Assembly: GCA_037310415.1 (NCBI GenBank)
Contig: CP147780.1
Location: forward strand, 2,368,001-2,432,000
DNA: 64,000 bases
Direction: 5' to 3'
DNA from: Candidatus Atabeyarchaeum deiterrae
Lineage (GTDB): Archaea; Asgardarchaeota; Atabeyarchaeia; Atabeyarchaeales; Atabeyarchaeaceae
Below the pieces are notes generated by a model that made no database searches, had not been told where the DNA came from, and saw only the letters and a program-made list of their open reading frames with translations. Below, piece after piece: positions 56,503 to 64,000 of the stretch (its first letter is position 1; each line of letters starts with the position of its first letter). The position numbers were made by a program, and so were the translations under genes.

Positions 56503-57042
56503 ATGAATACCAAAAAGAATGGCGCTGATGCAGAGTACATGTTCAAGATTATCCTTGTTGGAGATGGCGCCGTCGGCAAATCCTCATTGATCCGCAAATA
56601 CATGGAAGGAAAATTCGAATCAGACTACTTGCCAACAATCGGTTCGCAGATCTACACAAAAACATTATCGAATAGAACCCATAGAAAGGTCAAACTCGTG
56701 GTGTGGGACATTTCTGGGCAACCAGTATTTGGTATAGTGCGACCAGACTACTACAAGGGGGCCACAGGAGTCCTCCTCGTGTTTGACCTGACGAGACCAG
56801 AAACTTACAGTCATCTCGATGGCTGGGTTGAAGAAATACGCAAAAACACTTCGAAACCTGAGATCATTGTCATTGGAAACAAATCAGATCTTGAGGTCGA
56901 CCGCAAAGTTTCACGGAAATCTGGCGAGGCGTATGCTTCCAAGGTCAATGGCTCCTATCTCGAGACGTCAGCGAAAGGTGGAAACAACGTAGAAAAGACC
57001 TTCAGTGATCTTGCAGACAGACTTGTGGAAAACATTCATTAG
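56503..57042 (+). CDS. Rab-like small GTPase
   Basis: FKIILVGDGAVGKS, PTIG, WDISGQ, YYKGA, GNKSDL and ETSAK motifs; no C-terminal Cys prenylation motif. Confidence 0.93.
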   Translation: MNTKKNGADAEYMFKIILVGDGAVGKSSLIRKYMEGKFESDYLPTIGSQIYTKTLSNRTHRKVKLVVWDISGQPVFGIVRPDYYKGATGVLLVFDLTRPETYSHLDGWVEEIRKNTSKPEIIVIGNKSDLEVDRKVSRKSGEAYASKVNGSYLETSAKGGNNVEKTFSDLADRLVENIH

Positions 57043-57153
57043 CCCGGCGCAAAAAGGATTTCCAGAAGGAGAATCTAGAGGGTGTTCTTTGCATTGTTTA
57101 CTGACATAAGATGTGTTCATGCACGACCTTGAGCAGGCTCAGAACTTCTCAGA

Positions 57154-57819
57154 TTGACTGCGAATATAGGATTAACCGTAGGAGACGAAACCAAGTTGGC
57201 AGGAATTGGCACGTGGTTGAACTCAGCGTTTGGAGAGAAACTCAAAAGAGAATACGCGGAAAGGAAATCTGAGTTAATATGCAAGTTCCTACGGAAAGAT
57301 GACAGGATTCTTGATGTTGGATGTGGTAACCCTGAAACGACAGACGATCATTGCACCAAGGTATTGATGAAGTATCCCAATTACTTCGGCTGCGACCTCA
57401 ATCCACCAGTTGGAGAGAAGTTTTTCAAGGCAAATCTCGAGAAGGATGACCTCAGCAAGCTCGGGAAGTTTGACATAGTTCTGTGTCTAGATGTTCTGGA
57501 GCACTTCAGGGAACCAAGAAAACTGGCTAGGAAGTTGATTGCCTTATCCAGACGTGAGATTATTGTAGTGACCCCCGTAATAAGTCATAAGACAATGAGA
57601 AGATTCATGAACTCTGTTAGAGGACTGCTTGGTAGACAAGTGTTTTCAGGTCATTATTGGGATTTCTTTGCGGGCGAAGTTATTGATGTTTTCCGCGAGA
57701 TGAAAGTGAGGAACATCTATTATGGATGGTTGCCCATCAGGTTCGTCAGCAAACTACTTTTCAAGGTAGGGATAGTCAGGGCTGGCATCTTTGTTTTCGA
57801 GAAGATGGATTCGACCTAA
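57154..57819 (+). CDS. Class I SAM-dependent methyltransferase
   Basis: ILDVGCG and FDIVLCLDVLEH motifs. Confidence 0.85.
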   Translation: MTANIGLTVGDETKLAGIGTWLNSAFGEKLKREYAERKSELICKFLRKDDRILDVGCGNPETTDDHCTKVLMKYPNYFGCDLNPPVGEKFFKANLEKDDLSKLGKFDIVLCLDVLEHFREPRKLARKLIALSRREIIVVTPVISHKTMRRFMNSVRGLLGRQVFSGHYWDFFAGEVIDVFREMKVRNIYYGWLPIRFVSKLLFKVGIVRAGIFVFEKMDST

Positions 57820-57943
57820 TTGGATAGTATGAACCTGCGCAAGCGAACAGGCTTCGCGTTGCTGCGACAACTAAAGAAAATGAAAGAATGTTACGATCTG
57901 AAGTGGCAGGGGTTTCTGGTGGACAAGCGATCTGATCAGTCAA

Positions 57944-59068
57944 TCACTTGAGAAGGTATCCTTGCAGCAGACTCTTTGCCTTCTCTCGTTTTTTCTGATG
58001 CTCAGCAAGAAACTTGATTACTCTCTCTGCCAATAGCACCTTGCACTCGCCGCAGAGTATCTCTCCACCTCTGCACTTGACATTGAGTTCCTCCATTTTC
58101 CTGTCGTCCTCTTCGAAAAGGAAGTAGAAGTACTGATGCACTGGGCAGATATCTGGATTTCCTCCCAATTTCTTCTGCTCTGCAACCGTCGGTCGCCCAC
58201 CTGTGAACGCATTCATGATCTTCTTCCTTGCTTCGATAGCAGTGTCGGTAGTATAGATGGCTGTCTCAGGAACGGAAGCAGACATCTTGCCAGATTGCTG
58301 CAAAGACGGAACGAATTTGCAGTGCATTTGTGCGGGCTTATAATACCCTAATCTAGGGGCAGCATCCCGCGCTATTCTCCAGTGAGGATCTTGGTCAATG
58401 CCTGCCGGGATGAGACACGGGACCTTCTTCCCACTGATAGAAGACTCGATGAAGCAAGGGGCTGACTGAACGGCAGTGTAGAATATGATCCCGATATTTG
58501 ACTCTTCCTTGAATCCGAAGACGGCCTTGGCTGTTGAGAAGGTTGTCAATTTGGCCACTTTCAAAGCCAGGTCGTAAAGCGCGCCGATATCTTTGGTGTC
58601 GACAATGATCTTCGTCGTGGCTTGCTGGAACCCAATGGCTATGACATCAAGAGCATTGTCATAGGCGTAGTTCCTAGAGCTATCGAGAGTCAAGTCTCGC
58701 CTGTGGAGAAACTTTTCATCATCTGTTAGCTGGAAATACAGTTTGACCTTGAATGCGTCTTGAAGATATTTTGTGAATATCCATGGGAGCAGGTGTCCGA
58801 TGTGGGTGTGACCTGATGGCCCTCTGCCCGTGTATAGTACAAAGGTCTCTCCTTTGTCGTATAGGTCTAGGAGATCACCCAAGTCCCTGTGTGAGAAGAA
58901 GATCTTACGTCGAAGCTGAAGGTGTCGGTAGCCAGCCACCTTCTCGATCCTCTTGATAAGGTTCTCAGTTAGAGGATGCGTGCCAAACTCTTTTATGAGT
59001 TTTTCGTAATCCACCTTGCCTGTGACTTCCCATGGCGTTACAACCATTTCTTCTTCGTTATTGACCAT
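57944..59068 (-). CDS. trpS: Tryptophanyl-tRNA synthetase (archaeal/eukaryotic type)
   Basis: VTPWEV, YTGRGPS..HIGH, TDDEKFL, GIDQDP and KMSAS motifs; ATG 59068 preferred. Confidence 0.96.
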   Translation of the reverse strand: MVNNEEEMVVTPWEVTGKVDYEKLIKEFGTHPLTENLIKRIEKVAGYRHLQLRRKIFFSHRDLGDLLDLYDKGETFVLYTGRGPSGHTHIGHLLPWIFTKYLQDAFKVKLYFQLTDDEKFLHRRDLTLDSSRNYAYDNALDVIAIGFQQATTKIIVDTKDIGALYDLALKVAKLTTFSTAKAVFGFKEESNIGIIFYTAVQSAPCFIESSISGKKVPCLIPAGIDQDPHWRIARDAAPRLGYYKPAQMHCKFVPSLQQSGKMSASVPETAIYTTDTAIEARKKIMNAFTGGRPTVAEQKKLGGNPDICPVHQYFYFLFEEDDRKMEELNVKCRGGEILCGECKVLLAERVIKFLAEHQKKREKAKSLLQGYLLK

Positions 59069-59401
59069 TGGATTGCAGTGACCCCTGCCAAGCACTCAAG
59101 GCGATTCGTTTTCAGTACAGTTGAAGTTGTCTTGTATTTAAGTTTTCGACCGATACTGAGGAAGTGGTATTCATACATTCGATAAAGAACAAATGCTCCC
59201 CTTAGTTCGCAAGAACACCTGAAACGACACATCTTTGCGTATTATGATTTTATAAGTGAAATAGTTCACTTAGATACTAGGGGATGTTGATGCCGTTTCA
59301 TTTGGCTGGAAGTGTTTTGAGTTGGCACCCATCTAATCTAGATGGTCTTTATTCCCTGAGAGAGGCTGATCGAAAGTTCGAATAAGAAAGCGCTATTCGA
59401 T

Positions 59402-60445
59402 ATGTTAGGGCTGGTTGAGATGAGTAAGAAGCAGGACAATCCGGGCTCAGGCAAGAAGAAGGACAAGGAAATAGATGACTTGGATGAGGCTGACGTAGTA
59501 GAGATCCTAAAATCCTTCAGCCCAGAAGAGGTTGAGCGCATGCAGGAGAAAAAGGAAGTTCACAAGGTCGCAGAGAAGCCTCAGCAACCTGCTCAAGTTA
59601 AACAACCACCACCCGCAGAGAAGAAACCCCAGCAGCCTACAGAAGTGAAACTGCAACCAGCCGCAGAAGCAAAACAACAACCTACGCCACCTAAACAGCA
59701 ACCAGCCATGGAGAAGAAGGAAGAAGAATCTTTGGAGAGGCTCGTAAGGAAGATTGATGAGACTTACGGGAATCTTGACGAACTGTCAACCGGAATTATA
59801 CACTTAAACAGTGACCTCAAAAACAGAATAGAATCTCTCATTTCGGAGATAGACAAACTTACCAATTATCTCAAGAGCACCTCAGGATACTTGCAGAGTA
59901 CTCTCCCGACGTTCCTAGGTGAACAAAGAGATCAACGCGGAGCTGGTCCTGTGACGCCTCCACCGCAACAGCAAGCTCCACCCCCACAGGGTTATCCTCC
60001 ACAACAGTACGGATACCAATCACCTCCGCCTTCCCAACAGCAGCAGTATCCTCCGAGACCACAGCCGGGCTATTACCAGCAGCAACAACCTCAGCAGAGC
60101 TACCAGCAGCAACAACCTCAGCAAGGTTACTACCAACAACAGCCTCAGGCGCCACCTTCTCTTGGAGTGACACCTGAAGATGCAATAGCAAAGGGTGTCG
60201 AAAGCCTCAAAGGAAGCATTTTCGATGATGTAGTCGCAGCTTTGGGTCAAGTTGCTTCTATAGTCTTCAGCAGGCTTCTCGATGCGCGGGAGAAAATCCT
60301 CCGTATAGATCCTACTTTTCCTGTTCAGGAGTTCGAACCTATCCTCAGCGAGATGAGGGCGAATCCACGTATGAAACTCTCACAGGTGGACAAGAGAAAA
60401 ATCGTTGAGAGAATGGTCTATTGGGTTGGCCGTCTGCCTCGATAG
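59402..60445 (+). CDS. Coiled-coil protein with P/Q-rich low-complexity regions and a conserved C-terminal helical domain (family copy 3)
   Basis: KPQQP repeats, heptad coiled coil and a Q/P/Y-rich tract; the C-terminus aligns without gaps to the 8676 and 9303 proteins. Start 59402 or 59420. Confidence 0.85.
   Translation: MLGLVEMSKKQDNPGSGKKKDKEIDDLDEADVVEILKSFSPEEVERMQEKKEVHKVAEKPQQPAQVKQPPPAEKKPQQPTEVKLQPAAEAKQQPTPPKQQPAMEKKEEESLERLVRKIDETYGNLDELSTGIIHLNSDLKNRIESLISEIDKLTNYLKSTSGYLQSTLPTFLGEQRDQRGAGPVTPPPQQQAPPPQGYPPQQYGYQSPPPSQQQQYPPRPQPGYYQQQQPQQSYQQQQPQQGYYQQQPQAPPSLGVTPEDAIAKGVESLKGSIFDDVVAALGQVASIVFSRLLDAREKILRIDPTFPVQEFEPILSEMRANPRMKLSQVDKRKIVERMVYWVGRLPR
60074..60148 (+). repeat. 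Coding 27-bp tandem repeat (YQQQQPQQx)
   Basis: TACCAGCAGCAACAACCTCAGCA at 60074 and 60101, plus a degenerate third copy ending at 60148. Confidence 0.85.
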
Positions 60446-60689
60446 GCTAGAGATCCGCAAGGCGCAAAGGTGTGCCTCTAATCATATTATTCATTCGGCA
60501 GCAATCTGGGTACGGCTTCAACCTTGATAAACAATATTGCTAGTTAGAAACGGTTTTTTGTTCCAGACCTGGAACTGAGCAAAGTGTTGAGAACCAAGGG
60601 CGTAACGTAACAGAAATAGGATAACAGCGCTAGTTAAAGTGGTCGAGTTGTACCTAGTCCAGTTAGTCAAAGTTGCGGAAGGTGCTTGA

Positions 60690-61757
60690 TTGCTGATTGC
60701 AGACAGTGGAAAGGAAGCCATGTTCTATCATTCCCTTGGAAATAGTAGTGTGAAATGCAACCTTTGTGCCAGAACGTGCACCATTTTGGATGGGAAGACT
60801 GGTTTCTGCCGTGTCAGGAAAAACGTGGGGGGGAAGCTCTATAGTCTGGTCTACGGCAAAGTCATCGCCGCCAGCGCAGACCCGATTGAAAAGAAACCGT
60901 TGTCACATTTCAACCCTGGTGCATTTGCATTCTCTATAGCCACGGTCGGCTGCAATTTTAGGTGCAGTTATTGTCAGAACTGGAATATAAGCCAAAGCGA
61001 AGAGATTGAGGGGGAGAACCTGCCACCTGAAGATGTCATAAGACTTGCGAAGAGAAGCGCCTGCCAAGGCATTAGCTACACCTATACCGAGCCAACCATA
61101 TTCTTTGAGTATGCCTACGACTGTGCTCAAGCTGCTCACCGAGAGGGTTTGTTCAATACCTTTGTGACAAATGGGTACATGACGACTGAAGCAGTAAAGA
61201 CGATTGCCCCCTACTTAGATGCTGCCACTGTTGACTTCAAAGGCGGCGGCGATCCAGAGTTCTACAGGAAGTTCTCGTCTGTTCCAGATGTACGGCCAAT
61301 ATTCGACAGCCTAAGAGAGATGAAGGCAAACAACATACACGTTGAAATAACAAACCTCGTTGTGCCAAGGCTCGGAGACTCATTTGATAGGATAAAAGAA
61401 CTCTCGGCATGGATCACGGAGAATCTTGGCGGAGAAACTCCGTTTCATCTTCTAAGATTCCATCCTGACTACACGTGCAAAGATATACCTGCAACCCCAC
61501 TGTCGACTCTTGAGAAGGCCAGGGAAATAGCGAAGTCTGAAGGTCTGAAGTATGTTTATACTGGAAACATGCCAGGGCACGAAAGTGAGAACACGTACTG
61601 CCCAAATTGTGAAGAACTCGTAATATCACGCTACGGATTCTACGTTGATTCCTGGAAACTCAAAGACGACATGAAATGCCCAAAGTGCGGAGAAAGAATA
61701 CCAATCAGAGGCAAATACTGGAAAGGAAAAGCGGCTCGGTCAGCTCTATTTTTCTAA
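60690..61757 (+). CDS. amrS: AmmeMemoRadiSam system radical SAM enzyme
   Basis: CNLCARTC...GFCRVR, DPIEKKPL, GCNFRCSYCQNW, YTYTEPT, FHPDY, YVYTGN, TYCPNC and CPKCG motifs. Confidence 0.9.
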   Translation: MLIADSGKEAMFYHSLGNSSVKCNLCARTCTILDGKTGFCRVRKNVGGKLYSLVYGKVIAASADPIEKKPLSHFNPGAFAFSIATVGCNFRCSYCQNWNISQSEEIEGENLPPEDVIRLAKRSACQGISYTYTEPTIFFEYAYDCAQAAHREGLFNTFVTNGYMTTEAVKTIAPYLDAATVDFKGGGDPEFYRKFSSVPDVRPIFDSLREMKANNIHVEITNLVVPRLGDSFDRIKELSAWITENLGGETPFHLLRFHPDYTCKDIPATPLSTLEKAREIAKSEGLKYVYTGNMPGHESENTYCPNCEELVISRYGFYVDSWKLKDDMKCPKCGERIPIRGKYWKGKAARSALFF

Positions 61758-62061
61758 TGCAAAGAGATCCCAAAGCGCAAATCCGATGATACAGGGAGCG
61801 GGCAGGGTCCCAAAAAGACTCCTTCACGAATCTGACTCTTGTATCTAGCTTGGTTGAGTATTCCCTCTTCCTCGCCCAAGGGAGAACCTGCCCATGTCAC
61901 GATAGCGCCAAACCATCTTAAATACTTTGATAGTCAACCTCTTGGAGCAATGGATATGTTACCAAGGCTTCATGATCCTTTGTAGAAACATTCGAGTCTC
62001 ACCAGAAAGTCGAAACCTTCACGGCTTGGATTATCTTGTACAGAGCACTCAAGTCTTGTGC

Positions 62062-63402
62062 TCACAGCCGAAGATTCGCCTTTGCATTCAATTTGTTCCA
62101 ATAGTATCTATAACTCAATGGCGCCACGTCGTTGCTTCCGATTCCCGCGGAATTGGAAATCCACTTGGGGATAGCATCATAGACCGTCTTAGAACATCTT
62201 TCCGTAAACTCACGCAATGACTTCTGTTCTGATTTTGAATGTTTCATTGTCTGTTGCCTTAGCGCATTAGCCTCTTTGATGAAGCTAATCTGAAGTTTTC
62301 TGATTTCATTCTTCACGGGAGGGGCCCTTTTGAGGTAGTCAAGTTGGACTACTCTGGCCAGTTTCTCGTGTATCCACCAAGGTGAACGATCATCGTACTT
62401 TGCTCCGCCCTCTGAGAATATCCTTGATGGTCCAGCACCGCTCAAATACACTGGTATGAAAACACTAACGCAGGGATAGGCCGTTCCTGTTAGCCAGTGT
62501 GTTGCAACGTTGTCAGCCAAGTGACCTACATAGCTTCCAGCAGATGAGCTGAAAGCCGCTGAACTTGCATGCATACAGACATTGCCCATTGTTGCTTTGG
62601 GTGGAGACCATAAATCTGATTTCTCACCATGGTCTCGCAGAATGTTCATCATAGTTTCAACGGTGACCGAACCCTTAGCCGCCATGAGGAGACCTAACGT
62701 TCTTTTGCTACGTTCCTCGCAAGCTGTGCCCAAGCGCATGCCCGGATTAGAATAATCTCTAGTGAAGTCGAAGTCGGCTTTGGACTTGCACCACCCTTTC
62801 TCTATGGCATGATCGACCAGGTCTGGCGACGCAAGATCCCACTTTGTTTGAATCGTGTACCCATTTGAAATACTACGCACGTCATGGACTCGCTCTGCAG
62901 CCCAGAAACGGTCAGCCGTTTCGAGAACCCATGCGTCACGTGGATCGGCGATTATGAAAGTATTGTGATATGTCTGCTGCTCCTCAGCGCTGGCATTACC
63001 ACCTTGCCCATACTCTTTCAATAGCAGAGTTATAATATCAAGCGCTTTCCTAGCAGTGTCAGCCCGTTCGAGTGCAATCCTTAGGAGGTCCATTCCCAAC
63101 AGGCCATTCTTCTGGTATGGTTCCTTGGACCATGCGGATTCGTTTCCAATCGCCACCCCAAATTCATTGGCGCCCATCTCAGCGCCCCATATCCAATAAG
63201 GCGCGGAAAGCACGACTTCATAGGTCTCAGGCGCTTGTGGTATTTCTATATAGGTGCAGCGAAGTGTTGAATTGGGAGGATACCTGCTTCGCGGAAAATA
63301 GCGTATGACCTGACATTCATTCGGGTCGCGGTCACTGTTCTTGGCAATAATCACGGAGCCATCTTCGGTCGAGTTGCCGAGTGCAACCAGAGTGTCACAC
63401 AA
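62062..63402 (-). CDS. Peptidase C69 (dipeptidase/secernin-like Ntn hydrolase)
   Basis: TTG start at 63402 gives MCDTLVA (N-terminal Cys nucleophile); AKNSDRDPNE, WGAEMGANEFGVAIGNE and LLGMDLLRIALERA motifs. Confidence 0.92.
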   Translation of the reverse strand: MCDTLVALGNSTEDGSVIIAKNSDRDPNECQVIRYFPRSRYPPNSTLRCTYIEIPQAPETYEVVLSAPYWIWGAEMGANEFGVAIGNESAWSKEPYQKNGLLGMDLLRIALERADTARKALDIITLLLKEYGQGGNASAEEQQTYHNTFIIADPRDAWVLETADRFWAAERVHDVRSISNGYTIQTKWDLASPDLVDHAIEKGWCKSKADFDFTRDYSNPGMRLGTACEERSKRTLGLLMAAKGSVTVETMMNILRDHGEKSDLWSPPKATMGNVCMHASSAAFSSSAGSYVGHLADNVATHWLTGTAYPCVSVFIPVYLSGAGPSRIFSEGGAKYDDRSPWWIHEKLARVVQLDYLKRAPPVKNEIRKLQISFIKEANALRQQTMKHSKSEQKSLREFTERCSKTVYDAIPKWISNSAGIGSNDVAPLSYRYYWNKLNAKANLRL

Positions 63403-63622
63403 CACGAATCAACTCCCCGTACTTGATGTGAGTCGATCTATTTCATGAGTCACCATATCAGCTCTAAGTATATTCGTTAAATAGGTTACTTAAGAATTCT
63501 CTTCTCAGAGAATTGATCAGGCGTAACATTTAGTGCGGGACTACTTGTTGAAGGTAGTTAGTAGCCTTCATGTTTTTATATGTGATAAGCTGATAGGTAA
63601 CCAACTAGGGGGATCTTGCTTA

Positions 63623-64000
63623 TTGAATCAGGAGGATGCCGAATCGGAGGACAAGAAGGGAGCAGCAACCTCCTTCAGTGAGCAACCTCCAGCAAAGGAG
63701 AACGCCTGCCCTGTCTGCGGCTCTGAGAACATAGTCTTCGACAGAGAAAGGGGAGAAGTGACCTGTGGTAACTGCGGAACCGTGATAGGCGCTTACATTG
63801 ATCACGGTTTGGACACAAGATCCAGAGTCACCGATAGAGGTGAGAAGATAGGGATAGGCTCGACTGAGACTCTAACAAGGGTCGACAAGGGGCGCTCATC
63901 GTTTATCAAAGGAGTAAAGGATGCACATGGAAAACAGATGTCTCCGACTCAGAGAGAGCGCGTAAGAAGAATAACTAGAGTTCAGAGGCAGTTGTACGTT
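63623..64000 (+). CDS. tfb: Transcription initiation factor IIB (TFB) paralogue, 5' part (runs off the window)
   Basis: Not in the ORF track. Zn ribbon CPVCGSENIVFDRERGEVTCGNCGTVI, then T..VDKG.S...KDAHGKQMS...RR..R.Q; TTG start with SD GGGGGA. Confidence 0.88.
   Translation, partial: MNQEDAESEDKKGAATSFSEQPPAKENACPVCGSENIVFDRERGEVTCGNCGTVIGAYIDHGLDTRSRVTDRGEKIGIGSTETLTRVDKGRSSFIKGVKDAHGKQMSPTQRERVRRITRVQRQLYV

Noticed and set aside
1-64000. CRISPR array, IS elements, prophage or rRNA genes
   Set aside because: No regularly spaced repeats, transposase/integrase/capsid motifs or rRNA-like segments seen.

Overview
A gene-dense chromosomal window from an archaeon, very probably an Asgard archaeon. 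The evidence is a two-domain gelsolin, a Rab-like GTPase, a longin-GTPase fusion, a roadblock-wHTH protein, archaeal TrpRS/TFB/PolB2 and a BHB-intron tRNA. Most genes are scattered housekeeping, metabolic or repair genes: HtrA, MtrH- and MttB-family methyltransferases, PfkB, class I aldolase, MgtA, an ABC transporter, Mpg, Ogg, a PolB2 cassette, LutA/B-like proteins and TrpRS. I saw no CRISPR array, transposase or integrase. Highlights the ORF track misses or does not explain: (1) a hidden 152-aa peroxiredoxin-like selenoprotein (55047-55505, minus strand) with an in-frame TGA forming a UxxC motif, followed directly by a SECIS-like hairpin; (2) an operon of four paralogous ~100-aa, very hydrophobic membrane proteins (51120-52470) of unknown function; (3) a three-member family of coiled-coil + linker + conserved C-terminal helical domain proteins (8676, 9303, 59402), one with a Q/P/Y-rich low-complexity linker; (4) tRNA-Thr(CGT) split by two introns around a 5-nt anticodon micro-exon; (5) a probable divergent single gelsolin-like domain near the canonical two-domain gelsolin. 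All annotations come from reading motifs by eye; no database search was run.
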